Assembly (NCBI GenBank): GCA_937138255.1
Contig: CAKZOU010000033.1
Span: 14,622-78,621 of the forward strand
DNA length: 64,000 bases
DNA from: an uncultured Rhodobacteraceae bacterium
GTDB taxonomy: Bacteria; Pseudomonadota; Alphaproteobacteria; Rhodobacterales; Rhodobacteraceae
Direction of reading: 5' to 3'
Part shown: piece after piece, positions 9,994-19,772 of the stretch
Numbering within the stretch: the first letter of the stretch is position 1
Layout: each line of letters starts with the position of its first letter
Notes under the pieces: generated by a model
Databases searched by the model: none
What the model saw: the letters and a program-made list of their open reading frames with translations, nothing else
What the model was told of the DNA's origin: nothing
Program-made: the position numbers and the translations under genes

Positions 9994-10659
9994 TCAGAGC
10001 GGCAACAGCGCTTCGGCCACCGCGGCAAGTTCGTCGAACCTGTCGATCACCGCCTCGGGCGCAAGATCGCGCACGGCCTGTCCCGTGGGACCGAAGGTCA
10101 CGAGCACCGAGGGCACCCCTGCCGCCCGCGCGGTTTCACGGTCGGTCACGGTATCGCCCACAAGGAGCGAGCGTTCGAGCCGCCCGCCCGCCCGGCGCAC
10201 GGCCTCGATCAGCGGCGCGGGGTCGGGTTTGCGCACGGGGAGCGTATCGGCGCCGACAAGCGAGGCGAAAGCCTCGCGCGCGCCGAGATCGCGCATCAGG
10301 CGCTCGGCCAGCGCCTCGGGTTTGTTGGTGCAGATGCCCACGGCGAAACCAGCCCCGCGCAGCGCCCCGACGGCCTCCATCGCGCCGGGGAAAAGGAAGC
10401 TCTCGCCCGAGAGATTGGCGCCATAGGCCTCAAGCAGGATCGGATACTGCCGGTCGACCTCATCTGCGCCGTGGCCCCCTGTCCGCTCGAACCCGAGCCG
10501 CAGCATCGCCCGCCCGCCGCGCATCGCCGTGCTGGCATCGCGGACCGGATCAAGCACATCGCCAAGCCCTAAGCCCCGGAAGCAGACATTGGCAGCCGCC
10601 ACCAAATCGCGGCTCGTGTCGGCCAGTGTCCCGTCGAGATCGAAAATCACGCTGCGCAT
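9994..10659 (-). CDS. gph: HAD-family phosphatase, phosphoglycolate phosphatase-like
   Basis: 221 aa with HAD motif I (VIFDLDGTLADT) and motif IV-like LLVGDTVTD. Confidence 0.75.
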   Translation of the reverse strand: MRSVIFDLDGTLADTSRDLVAAANVCFRGLGLGDVLDPVRDASTAMRGGRAMLRLGFERTGGHGADEVDRQYPILLEAYGANLSGESFLFPGAMEAVGALRGAGFAVGICTNKPEALAERLMRDLGAREAFASLVGADTLPVRKPDPAPLIEAVRRAGGRLERSLLVGDTVTDRETARAAGVPSVLVTFGPTGQAVRDLAPEAVIDRFDELAAVAEALLPL

Positions 10660-10777
10660 TGGCCTCTCCTTCTGCTACAGTCGGTGTAACGAAGCGAAAG
10701 GTCTTGTGAACCCCGAAAACCTTGCGCTTTGCATCGCGCCCGATAGAAGGTGCGGCAAGAAACGGTTTGAGGCGCTG

Positions 10778-12130
10778 ATGAGCATTGCTTTGGTTATTCT
10801 GGCCGCCGGTCAGGGCACGAGGATGAATTCCGATCTGCCGAAGGTTCTCCACCCGCTGGGGGGCGCGCCTCTGGTTGTCCATGCGCTCAAATCGGGAGCT
10901 GCTCTGGCGCCAGAGCGCACAGTCGTGGTGACAGGCCACGGAGGCGTGGCAGTCGCCAAAGCCGCCCGCGGATGGGATCCAGATATTCTGATTGCCGAGC
11001 AGGCCGAACAACTTGGCACAGCGCACGCGGTGGCGCAGGCAAAAGCGGCTTTGGAAGGCTTCTCGGGCGATATCGTAGTTCTCTACGGCGATACGCCCTT
11101 CATTTCGGGCGAAACGCTCGAGGCGCTTGCCGCCGCCCGCGCCGCGCATGACGTGGTGGTTCTGGGCTTTGAGGCCGCCGATCCGGGCCGCTATGGGCGG
11201 CTGGTTACAACAGGCGACCGGCTGGAGCGGATTGTCGAGTTCAAGGATGCGAGCGAGGCGGAGCGGGCGATCACGCTGTGCAACTCGGGCGTTCTGACCG
11301 CCGATGCCGCCACGCTCATTTCGCTGATCGAGGCGGTCGGCAATGCGAATGCCTCCGGCGAATACTATCTGACCGATGTGGTCGGCCTTTCCCGCGACCG
11401 TGGGCTTTCGGCGGGCGTGGTCGTCTGCGACGAGGCCGAGACCCTCGGGATCAACACCCGCGCCGAACTCATGGCCGCCGAAGCGCGGCTTCAAGCCCGG
11501 ATGCGGGCCGAGGTGCTTGAAGATGGGGTGACGCTCATCGCCCCCGAGACGGTGCACTTCTCGCATGACACTGTGATCGGCCGCGATGCGGTGATCGAGC
11601 CCAATGTCGTCTTTGCCCCCGGTGTGACGATCGAATCCGGCGCGCGCATCCGGTCGTTCTCGCATCTCGAAGGCTGCCACGTCAGCCGTGGCGCCATCGT
11701 CGGCCCCTTCGCCCGCCTGCGCCCGGGTGCGGAGCTGGCTGAAGATGTCCATGTCGGCAATTTCGTCGAGATCAAGAACGCCCAGATCGCCGAGGGGGCC
11801 AAGGTCAATCACCTGAGTTACATTGGCGATGCGGATGTGGGCGAGAAGACCAACATCGGCGCGGGCACCATCACCTGCAACTATGACGGCGTCTTCAAGC
11901 ACCGCACGACCATCGGCCGCAATGTTTTCGTGGGCTCCAACACCATGCTCGTGGCTCCGGTCAAGCTCGGCGACCGGTCGATGACCGCCTCGGGCGCTGT
12001 CATCACCAGCGACGTGCCGGATGGCGCAATGGCGGTTGCACGCGCCCCGCAGGTGAACAAGCCGGGGCTGGCCGTGCGGCTGATGGACAAGCTCAGAGCG
12101 CGCAAGGCGCAGACGAAAGAGGGCAAGTAA
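10778..12130 (+). CDS. glmU: Bifunctional UDP-N-acetylglucosamine pyrophosphorylase / glucosamine-1-phosphate acetyltransferase
   Basis: ORF 10529..12130 trimmed to the ATG at 10778 (MSIALVILAAGQGTRM). It has a C-terminal left-handed beta-helix hexapeptide region. Confidence 0.95.
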   Translation: MSIALVILAAGQGTRMNSDLPKVLHPLGGAPLVVHALKSGAALAPERTVVVTGHGGVAVAKAARGWDPDILIAEQAEQLGTAHAVAQAKAALEGFSGDIVVLYGDTPFISGETLEALAAARAAHDVVVLGFEAADPGRYGRLVTTGDRLERIVEFKDASEAERAITLCNSGVLTADAATLISLIEAVGNANASGEYYLTDVVGLSRDRGLSAGVVVCDEAETLGINTRAELMAAEARLQARMRAEVLEDGVTLIAPETVHFSHDTVIGRDAVIEPNVVFAPGVTIESGARIRSFSHLEGCHVSRGAIVGPFARLRPGAELAEDVHVGNFVEIKNAQIAEGAKVNHLSYIGDADVGEKTNIGAGTITCNYDGVFKHRTTIGRNVFVGSNTMLVAPVKLGDRSMTASGAVITSDVPDGAMAVARAPQVNKPGLAVRLMDKLRARKAQTKEGK

Positions 12131-13951
12131 ATGTGCGGGATCATTGGCATTCTCGGCGATCATGAGGTCGCGCCCCAGCTTGTCGAGGCGCTGCGCCGGC
12201 TTGAATATCGCGGCTATGACAGCGCCGGCATCGCAACCGTGAACAACGGCCGCCTCGAGCGCCGCCGCGCCGTTGGCAAGCTTGTGAACCTTTCCGACCT
12301 TCTGGTGCACCAGCCGTTGGCCGGAAAGGCGGGCATCGGCCATACCCGCTGGGCCACCCATGGCGTCGCCAACGAGGTCAACGCGCACCCCCACGTTGCC
12401 GGGCGCGTGGCGGTTGTGCACAACGGCATCATCGAAAACTTCCGTGAACTGCGTGAATTCCTCGCCGAAAACGGCGTGCCGCATCAGACCGACACCGACA
12501 CCGAGACCGTCGCCCTTCTGACCAATCTCTACCTCGCTCAGGGCCTCACGCCACGCGATGCCGCCGCCAAGACCATCGGCCAGCTACAGGGCGCCTATGC
12601 CGTCTGCATGCTCTTCGAGGGCGAGGGCGACCTGATGATCTGTGCCCGCTCCGGCCCGCCCCTGGCCGTGGGGTATGGCGATGGCGAGATGTTCGTGGGC
12701 TCCGATGCGATCGCCCTTGCCCCCCTGACCGACAGGATCACCTATCTCGAAGATGGCGACTGGGCCATCGTCACCCGCGCGGGCATCGAAATCCACGATG
12801 CCGCCGGCCGCATCGCCAACCGCCCCGTGCGCCGTGTGCAGATCAGCGCAGGGCAAGTGGACAAGGGCGGCTACAAGCATTTCATGGCCAAGGAAATCGC
12901 CGAACAGCCCGCCGTGCTGAGCGATGCGCTGGGCCATTACCTTGGCGCCGACGGCGCCCTAAGCCTTTCCGGCGAAGCGCTCGATTTCACCACCATCGAC
13001 CGGCTGACCATGGTCGCCTGCGGCACCGCCTTTTACGCCTGTGTCGTCGCCAAATACTGGTTCGAACAGATCGCGGGCCTGCCGGTCGAGGTCGATGTGG
13101 CCTCTGAATTCCGCTATCGCGAACCGCCGATCAGCCCCCGCACCGCCGCCCTTTTCGTCAGCCAATCGGGCGAGACTGCCGATACGCTGGCTGCGCTGCG
13201 CTATTGCCGCGACCGCGCCGACCGGATCCTCTCGGTCGTGAACGTGCCGGAAAGCTCGATTGCCCGCGAAAGCGATCTTGCCCTGCCGATCTATGCGGGC
13301 GTCGAGGTGGGCGTGGCGTCGACCAAGGCCTTCACCTGCCAGCTTCTCACCCTTGCCGCGCTCGTTCTCAAGGCCGCGCGGGATCGCGGGCGGCTTGCGC
13401 CCGAGGCCGAGGCCAAAGCCATCGCCGATCTGCGCTCCCTGCCCGGTATCATGTCGCAGGCCATCGCCACCGAGCCCCAGACCGAGGCGCTCGCCGCGGC
13501 CTTGGCCGAGGCGCGCGATATCTTGTTCCTTGGTCGCGGCCAGATGTTCCCGCTGGCCCTCGAAGGCGCGCTGAAACTCAAGGAGATCAGCTATATCCAT
13601 GCCGAGGCCTATGCCTCGGGCGAGCTGAAGCATGGCCCCATCGCGCTGATCGACAAGACCGTTCCGGTGATCGTGATGGCCCCGCGCGATGCGCTCTTTG
13701 AAAAGACCGTCTCGAATATGCAGGAGGTCATGGCGCGTGGCGGCAAGGTCCTTTTGATCACCGACGCGGAAGGCGCGCGGCAGGCCGGCCAGGGTGTCTG
13801 GAAGACGCTCGTGATGCCGACCGTCCCCGATATGCTCGCCCCCATCGTCTATGCGGTGCCGGCGCAGCTTTTGGCCTATCATACGGCGGTGGCAAAGGGC
13901 ACGGACGTGGACCAGCCGCGCAATCTGGCGAAATCAGTGACGGTGGAATAG
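12131..13951 (+). CDS. glmS: Glutamine--fructose-6-phosphate aminotransferase
   Basis: 606 aa with the N-terminal nucleophile MCGIIG, SIS domains and the C-terminal LAKSVTVE. It starts immediately after the glmU stop. Confidence 0.95.
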   Translation: MCGIIGILGDHEVAPQLVEALRRLEYRGYDSAGIATVNNGRLERRRAVGKLVNLSDLLVHQPLAGKAGIGHTRWATHGVANEVNAHPHVAGRVAVVHNGIIENFRELREFLAENGVPHQTDTDTETVALLTNLYLAQGLTPRDAAAKTIGQLQGAYAVCMLFEGEGDLMICARSGPPLAVGYGDGEMFVGSDAIALAPLTDRITYLEDGDWAIVTRAGIEIHDAAGRIANRPVRRVQISAGQVDKGGYKHFMAKEIAEQPAVLSDALGHYLGADGALSLSGEALDFTTIDRLTMVACGTAFYACVVAKYWFEQIAGLPVEVDVASEFRYREPPISPRTAALFVSQSGETADTLAALRYCRDRADRILSVVNVPESSIARESDLALPIYAGVEVGVASTKAFTCQLLTLAALVLKAARDRGRLAPEAEAKAIADLRSLPGIMSQAIATEPQTEALAAALAEARDILFLGRGQMFPLALEGALKLKEISYIHAEAYASGELKHGPIALIDKTVPVIVMAPRDALFEKTVSNMQEVMARGGKVLLITDAEGARQAGQGVWKTLVMPTVPDMLAPIVYAVPAQLLAYHTAVAKGTDVDQPRNLAKSVTVE

Positions 13952-13958
13952 CGCCCGC

Positions 13959-14642
13959 ATGACCTTGGACGATGTTCTTTCCGAACTCCGCGCCGCCGGT
14001 GACCCCGAGCGCGCGGCGGGTTCTGCGGCCTATCATAAGGTCAAGCGCGAGTATCTTGGCGTGGCTGTGCCGCAAATCGACGAGATGGCCAAACGCTGGC
14101 GGGCAGAGTTGACGCTGGAGGACCGCCTCGCCCTGGCGGGGCAACTTTGGCAGAGCAACATCCACGAGGCGCGGGTTGCGGCGGCGAAGCTTCTCAATCA
14201 GGCGCGGATCCGGCCGGATGACGAAGCAGCCTGGCGGCTCGTGGCGTCCTGGGTGCACGATTTCGACGCCTGGGCATTGGCCGATCACGCCTGCATCGCC
14301 GGGCAAAAGCGGCTTGTCGCCGATCCTTCGCGCCTTGACGAAGTGGAAGGCTGGACGCAAAGCCCGCATATGTGGACCCGTCGGGCGGCGCTTGTCATCA
14401 CACTGCCCTGGACCAAGATGAACCACCCCAAGCCTGCGGATCTGGAGCGGCGAGAGCGGATTCTCGGCTGGGCGGCGTCTTATGTCGATGACAGGGACTG
14501 GTTCATCCAGAAGGCCATCGGCTGGTGGCTGCGGGAACTCAGCAAGCACGATCCCGACCGCACCCGAGCCTTCATCGAGGCCTATGGCGCACGGATGAAG
14601 ACTTTTGCCCGCAAGGAAGCGATGCGGCATCTGGGGGAGTAG
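13959..14642 (+). CDS. DNA alkylation repair protein (AlkD-like HEAT-repeat family)
   Basis: 227 aa with an N-terminus typical of the family (ELRAAGDPERAAGSAAYHK...YLGV). Called on family resemblance only. Confidence 0.7.
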   Translation: MTLDDVLSELRAAGDPERAAGSAAYHKVKREYLGVAVPQIDEMAKRWRAELTLEDRLALAGQLWQSNIHEARVAAAKLLNQARIRPDDEAAWRLVASWVHDFDAWALADHACIAGQKRLVADPSRLDEVEGWTQSPHMWTRRAALVITLPWTKMNHPKPADLERRERILGWAASYVDDRDWFIQKAIGWWLRELSKHDPDRTRAFIEAYGARMKTFARKEAMRHLGE

Positions 14643-14687
14643 GCCCTTCCCCTTGCCATGCCGCCTCTGTGGGCCTACCTAGGCTCC

Positions 14688-15701
14688 ATGCAAGACGCGC
14701 CCGCCCCTCTGATTGATCCCTTTGCCCGCGCGATCCGCTATTTGCGGGTCTCGGTCACCGACCGTTGCGATTTCCGCTGCGTCTATTGCATGACCGAAAA
14801 CATGACCTTCCTGCCGAAGAAAGAGCTTCTTTCACTGGAAGAGCTGGACCGGCTTTGCACCTCCTTCATCCGGCTTGGTGTTGAAAAGCTGCGGATCACC
14901 GGCGGCGAGCCTTTGGTGCGGCGCGATATCATGACCTTCTTCCAGGGCATGAAACGGCATCTCGACAGTGGTGCGCTGAAAGAGCTGACCGTGACGACGA
15001 ATGGCAGCCAGCTTGAGAAATTCGCAGGGCCGCTTTACGAAGCGGGCGTGCGGCGGATCAATGTCTCGCTCGACACTCTGGACGCCGACAAATTCGCCGC
15101 GATCACCCGATGGGGCCGCCTTCCGCAAGTTCTGCGCGGGATCGAGGCGGCGCGCGAGGCGGGGTTGCGGGTCAAGATAAATACCGTGGCGCTCAAGGGC
15201 TTTAACGAGGACGAGTTGTTCCGCCTCACTGAGTGGTGCGCCAAGAACGACATGGACCTGACCTTTATCGAGGTCATGCCGATGGGCGATATCGGCAATG
15301 AGGATCGGCTGGGGCAGTTTTGGTCATTGAAAGACCTGCGGGCCCAGCTCGAGGGGCATCATGCGCTCACCGATCTGGCCGAGCGTTCGGGGGGGCCCGC
15401 ACGCTATGTGCGGATCGAGGAGACCGGCCAGAAGATCGGGTTCATCACGCCGCTCTCGCATAACTTCTGCGAAAGCTGCAACCGTGTGCGGATCACGTGC
15501 ACCGGTGAGATCTATACCTGCCTTGGGCAGGAGGGCCATTCCGACCTGCGCGCGCCGCTGCGCGCGTCTGAGGATCCGGCGATCCTTGAAGAGGCGATCC
15601 GCAAGGCGATCGGCCTCAAGCCCAAGGGGCATGATTTCGATTATTCCCGCCAGACGGTCGATGGGCGCGTTTCGCGCCACATGAGCCATACTGGCGGCTG
15701 A
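14688..15701 (+). CDS. moaA: GTP 3',8-cyclase (molybdenum cofactor biosynthesis protein A)
   Basis: Radical-SAM CDFRCVYC cluster motif, preceded by [19 protein letters not shown]. The start is at ATG 14688; an alternative ATG lies at 14658. Confidence 0.9.
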   Translation: MQDAPAPLIDPFARAIRYLRVSVTDRCDFRCVYCMTENMTFLPKKELLSLEELDRLCTSFIRLGVEKLRITGGEPLVRRDIMTFFQGMKRHLDSGALKELTVTTNGSQLEKFAGPLYEAGVRRINVSLDTLDADKFAAITRWGRLPQVLRGIEAAREAGLRVKINTVALKGFNEDELFRLTEWCAKNDMDLTFIEVMPMGDIGNEDRLGQFWSLKDLRAQLEGHHALTDLAERSGGPARYVRIEETGQKIGFITPLSHNFCESCNRVRITCTGEIYTCLGQEGHSDLRAPLRASEDPAILEEAIRKAIGLKPKGHDFDYSRQTVDGRVSRHMSHTGG

Positions 15702-15763
15702 CACAATCTCAGGGGAAGTTGACAGACTTTTCCGGTTCGAGATTGGGACATTTCAGCAAATCC

Positions 15764-15813
15764 GAGGCGTTTTGACGAAACGCCTCAGGAGCGAGGGGCT
15801 GCCTGCCCCTCGC
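15764..15813. terminator. Two tandem GC-rich hairpins between convergent moaA and the M20D hydrolase gene
   Basis: GAGGCGTTT-tgac-AAACGCCTC (15764-15786) and GCGAGGGGC-tgcct-GCCCCTCGC (15791-15813). Both have 9-bp perfect stems. Confidence 0.6.
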
Positions 15814-15844
15814 GCTCCCCGGGAGTATTTTCGCCAAAAGAAGA
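15791..15844 (+). repeat. Intergenic repeat element, copy 1 (hairpin + conserved tail)
   Basis: A hairpin followed by CTCCCCGGGAGTATTTTCGCCAAAAGAAGA. This tail matches the - strand of 49277-49342 at 25 of about 30 positions. Confidence 0.45.
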
Positions 15845-17008
15845 TCAGGTGGCGGGCATGCTCCGTTCGACGATCCCTGCCCACCAGCTGCAGCCGGCGG
15901 GGATGGCGTCGTCGTTGAAGTTGTATTCGGGGTGGTGGACCATTGCGGTATCGCCGTTTCCGATCAGGATATAGGCGCCGGGGCGTTCCTCGAGCATATA
16001 GGCGAAATCCTCGCCGCCCATGACGAGGGGGGCGTCATCGCAGCCGCCCGAGATGGAGCGGGCCACATCGGCGGCGAATTCGGTCTGGGCTTCGTGGTTA
16101 ACCATCGACGGATAGCCGCGGTGGTATCTGATTTCCGCTACGCCGCCCATGGCGGTGCAGACCTGCTCGGCGATCGCGTGAAGGCGGGTTTCTGCCAGCT
16201 CGCGCATATGCCGCGACATGGTGCGGACCGTGCCTTTGAGGTGGACCTGCTGCGGGATCACGTTGAAGGCTTTGGACGAGCTTTCCATCGAGGTCACGGA
16301 GACGACGATCTGGTCGACGGGGTCGGCATTGCGGCTCGAGATGGTCTGGAGCATCATCACGACTTGCGCGGCGGTGACGTTGGGGTCGATCGTTTCCTGT
16401 GGCTTGGCGGCGTGGCCGCCCTTGCCCTTGACGAAGATCTCGAACTGGTCGGTCGCGGCAAAGAAGGCGCCCGAGCGGATGGCGAAGGAGCCGGTGGGTT
16501 TGCCCGGCCAGTTGTGCATCCCGTAGACCTCCTGGATGTTCCAGCGGTCCATCATGCCGTCGGCGCACATCTCGCGGCCACCGCCGCCGCCCTCTTCTGC
16601 GGGCTGGAAGATCACGACGACTGTGCCATCGAAATTGCGGGTTTCGGCGAGGTATTTGGCGGCGCCCAGCAGCATGGCCGTGTGGCCGTCATGGCCGCAG
16701 GCATGCATGGCGCCGGGGGTTTTCGAGGCATAGGGGAGGTTGGTGGCCTCGAGGATCGGCAGGGCGTCCATATCGGCGCGCAGGCCGATGACCTTGCCCT
16801 TGGTATCCGTTTTGCCCTTGATCACGCCGACAACGCCGGTTCGGCCGATGCCGGTCACGATCTCGTCGCAGCCGAATTCCTTGAGCTTTTCGGCGACGAC
16901 CGCCGAGGTGCGGTGGGTCTCGAAGAGGATCTCGGGGTTTTCGTGCAGATCGCGCCGCCAGGCGGTGATTTCGGGAAGGAGTTCGGCAAAGCGGTTCTTG
17001 ACGGGCAT
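15845..17008 (-). CDS. M20D-family amidohydrolase (hippurate hydrolase / N-acyl-amino acid amidohydrolase-like)
   Basis: ORF trimmed to the ATG at 17008, which is preceded by GGAGG. It carries the metal-binding HACGHDGH motif. Confidence 0.85.
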   Translation of the reverse strand: MPVKNRFAELLPEITAWRRDLHENPEILFETHRTSAVVAEKLKEFGCDEIVTGIGRTGVVGVIKGKTDTKGKVIGLRADMDALPILEATNLPYASKTPGAMHACGHDGHTAMLLGAAKYLAETRNFDGTVVVIFQPAEEGGGGGREMCADGMMDRWNIQEVYGMHNWPGKPTGSFAIRSGAFFAATDQFEIFVKGKGGHAAKPQETIDPNVTAAQVVMMLQTISSRNADPVDQIVVSVTSMESSSKAFNVIPQQVHLKGTVRTMSRHMRELAETRLHAIAEQVCTAMGGVAEIRYHRGYPSMVNHEAQTEFAADVARSISGGCDDAPLVMGGEDFAYMLEERPGAYILIGNGDTAMVHHPEYNFNDDAIPAGCSWWAGIVERSMPAT

Positions 17009-17080
17009 GGTGCCTCCGGTGCGTGAGTGTTCGGGCGGCAGACTGTCCGAGCGATGGCGGCACCGCAAGGGGGGATTTGA

Positions 17081-18427
17081 TCAAAGGCTCGGGCCGGTGA
17101 CGAGCTTCTCGCCCTTGGCAAAGCGCGAGAAGCGGAAGCGGCTCAGGTCGTGGCCGGTTGGCTCACCACGGACCATCGAGGCGATGACCCGGCCAAAGCC
17201 CGGGCCGATGCCGAAGCCGTGGCCGCTCATGCCGGTGGCGACGATGAGGCCGGGGAGCGAGGGCGCATGATCCACCACCGGCACCACATCGGGCATGGTG
17301 TCGATCATTCCGGCCCAGGCCGATGCGAGGCGGACCTCGCCAAGGCCAGGATGATCCGACGCAAATTGCCGGGCGACCTTGCCCAGCGCTTTTGTGGCCG
17401 GGCGCGGGTTGAGGACGCGCATCCGCTCGAAAGGCGAGATCTCGTCGGACCGCCAGCGGCGGGGCGTCGTCCACGCGTCGGGGTATCCTGTGGGGGATGC
17501 GGGGAAGAAGCGGTTGGCGGTCGGGTTTGCGACAATTTGCGGGATGAATTTTCGCAGGTGCCGGAAGGCATCGGGGCCGATGAGGCATTCGTGGAAGTCG
17601 GCAGCAGCCAGAGTGTAGCCCCCATCGGCGCGGCGGCGGAACGCGCCGGTCGTATCCACGGCGCCGCCTTCGTAGACGAGCGGCAGGGTCTCGGTCGCGG
17701 CCACGCTGGCGCGGACCGAAAGCTGCGGGATGCGGACGCCGTGGGCGGCGAGGAAGAGCGAGGACCATGCGCCGCCCGCAAGAACAACGTTTGGCGCGGC
17801 GATACGGCCCTGCTCGGTGAAGACGCCCGCGACCTTGCCACCTGCCATATCGAGGCGCCGCACCGCGCAGTTCTCGACGATCACGGCCCCTGCCCTGACC
17901 GCGAGCCGCGCCAGCGCCGGAACCGCGAGCAAAGGCTCGGCCTTCATGTCGGAGGCGGTGTGCATCCCGCCCAGCCAACGGTTCTTCACACCGGGAAGGA
18001 GCCGGCTGACGCCTTCGCGGCCGAGAAGCTCGGTGTCGAGGCCATGCTCCCGCGCCAGTGTCATGAACTCTTCGAAATAGGCGAGGTCCTTGTCGGTATC
18101 GGCGAGATAGAGCAGGCCCGATTGCCTCAGGCCGATATCTTCGCCCAGCTCTGGCTCCAGCTCGCGCCAGAGGCGGTTCGCTTCAATCATGATCGGCAGT
18201 TCCGCCGGATCGCGGCCCTGCTGGCGGATCCAGCCCCAGTTGCGCGAGGATTGCTCGCCCGCGACGCGCCCTTTTTCAAGAACCACCGGGCGAAGGCCCG
18301 CCTTGGCAAGGTATAGCGCGGTGCAGATGCCGATGACGCCGCCGCCGATGATGACGCAATCGGCCTCGGCCGGAAGCGGGCCGCCGTGCTCGACGGGGCT
18401 ATCTTCGGAAATCGGAAAGGGGATCAT
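17081..18427 (-). CDS. FAD-dependent oxidoreductase (DAO family)
   Basis: ORF trimmed to the ATG at 18427 (MIPFPISE...), which overlaps the upstream stop (ATGA). Dinucleotide-binding motif CVIIGGGVIG, followed by GEQSSRNWGWIR. Confidence 0.8.
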   Translation of the reverse strand: MIPFPISEDSPVEHGGPLPAEADCVIIGGGVIGICTALYLAKAGLRPVVLEKGRVAGEQSSRNWGWIRQQGRDPAELPIMIEANRLWRELEPELGEDIGLRQSGLLYLADTDKDLAYFEEFMTLAREHGLDTELLGREGVSRLLPGVKNRWLGGMHTASDMKAEPLLAVPALARLAVRAGAVIVENCAVRRLDMAGGKVAGVFTEQGRIAAPNVVLAGGAWSSLFLAAHGVRIPQLSVRASVAATETLPLVYEGGAVDTTGAFRRRADGGYTLAAADFHECLIGPDAFRHLRKFIPQIVANPTANRFFPASPTGYPDAWTTPRRWRSDEISPFERMRVLNPRPATKALGKVARQFASDHPGLGEVRLASAWAGMIDTMPDVVPVVDHAPSLPGLIVATGMSGHGFGIGPGFGRVIASMVRGEPTGHDLSRFRFSRFAKGEKLVTGPSL

Positions 18428-19602
18428 GTGCAGAGGTCGGCCAGAAGATCGTCCATGAAGGCTTGCCCTGCGCGGAATTGCGCGAGCGTGATGTATTCGT
18501 CGGCCTGATGCGCCTGCGCGATATCGCCGGGTCCACATACCACCGCGGAATAGCCGCGCTCCTGAAATTGGCCGGCCTCGGTGCCGTAGCTGACCACATG
18601 CGAGGCATTATCGCCTGTCAGGCGGCGGACAAGCGTTTCCGCCGCGCCTTCCTTTTCGGGGACAAGGCCGGGGACGTGGAATCGCTGGCGCAGCTCGATC
18701 GCCGCCGAGGGGTGGATCGCCTTCATTTCGGCCTCGAGCCGCGCGACCTCGGCCTTGAACCTCTCGACCCAGTCGGGCATCGAGTCACCCGGCACCACGC
18801 GAAAATCGAAACCGAACCAGCAATCGCCTGCGGTGATGTTGTGGGCGGTGCCGCCCTTGATCGTACCGATATGCAGCGTCGTGTAGGGCGGCTCGAAGGT
18901 GGCGGCAAGGGCGGATGGTGTCTTGGCGGCGTTCTCGGCGTTCATCCGGTTGGCCCAGTCGATCAGTTTCGCCCCCCACATGATCGCGTTGACGCCCGTG
19001 TGGATCAGCGAGGAATGCACCTCGTAGCCCTTGATATGCACCGCAAAGCCGATGCCGCCCTTGTGGCCTGTCACCGCCTTCATCATCGACGGCTCGCCAA
19101 CGATCACCGTCGAAGCGCGGGGGAGGCCGTGGCTGACCATATGGTCGATCATCGGCGGCGCGCCGGTGCAGCCGATCTCTTCGTCGTAGCTCAGGGCGAT
19201 TTGCAAGGGCCGCGTGAGGCGGCCCACCCTGTGCAGCGCCGCAGCCCGCGCCATCGCGGCAAGGGCCAGCGCGTCAAACCCCTTCATGTCGCATGAACCG
19301 CGCCCAAAGAGCTTGCCGTCGCGTTCTGTCACGGTGAAGGGATCGGAGGTCCAGTCCTGACCATCGACCGGCACCACGTCGGTATGACCTGACAGAACCA
19401 CGCCGCCGTCGATCTCGGGACCGACATGGGCATAGAGCGCCTCTTTGGTCCCGTCCTCGTTCGGCACTCGGACCGAAGCGATTCCCTGCCCCTCGAGATA
19501 GCTTTCCACAAAGTCGATCAGGGGGATGTTGCTGTCGCGGCTGACCGTGGGATAGGCCACAAGCCGGTCCAGGAGGCGGCGGGCTTCGTCTGTGTTGGGC
19601 AA
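18424..19602 (-). CDS. ArgE/DapE-family deacetylase (acetylornithine deacetylase-like, M20)
   Basis: 392 aa with the motifs SGHTDVVP and GRGSCDMKG. Confidence 0.8.
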   Translation of the reverse strand: MPNTDEARRLLDRLVAYPTVSRDSNIPLIDFVESYLEGQGIASVRVPNEDGTKEALYAHVGPEIDGGVVLSGHTDVVPVDGQDWTSDPFTVTERDGKLFGRGSCDMKGFDALALAAMARAAALHRVGRLTRPLQIALSYDEEIGCTGAPPMIDHMVSHGLPRASTVIVGEPSMMKAVTGHKGGIGFAVHIKGYEVHSSLIHTGVNAIMWGAKLIDWANRMNAENAAKTPSALAATFEPPYTTLHIGTIKGGTAHNITAGDCWFGFDFRVVPGDSMPDWVERFKAEVARLEAEMKAIHPSAAIELRQRFHVPGLVPEKEGAAETLVRRLTGDNASHVVSYGTEAGQFQERGYSAVVCGPGDIAQAHQADEYITLAQFRAGQAFMDDLLADLCT

Positions 19603-19772
19603 TTCGGGCGCTCTTTGATTGGGGGCTGCCGCACTCTAGGCAGGCGCTTCCCGCCTCGGCAATCCCTCCCTTTAGAAATGATCTTGCGGCTTGGGCAAAC
19701 CATGCTACCGTTTGGACAAAATGTCGGCGGGAAAACCCGATCGGCGAACAAGACGACGACTGGGAGAATCTG

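Noticed and set aside
10550-12484. A 644-aa ORF antisense to glmU and the start of glmS.
   Set aside because: glmU and glmS are unambiguous on the + strand. The antisense product is low-complexity and Arg/Gly/Ala-rich with no motifs.
15728-15750. A T-loop-like string (CCGGTTCGAGATTGGG) that might hint at a tRNA or tRNA fragment.
   Set aside because: No acceptor, D or anticodon arms can be drawn around it, and the flanking bases do not form a T-stem. I found no tRNA anywhere in the window.
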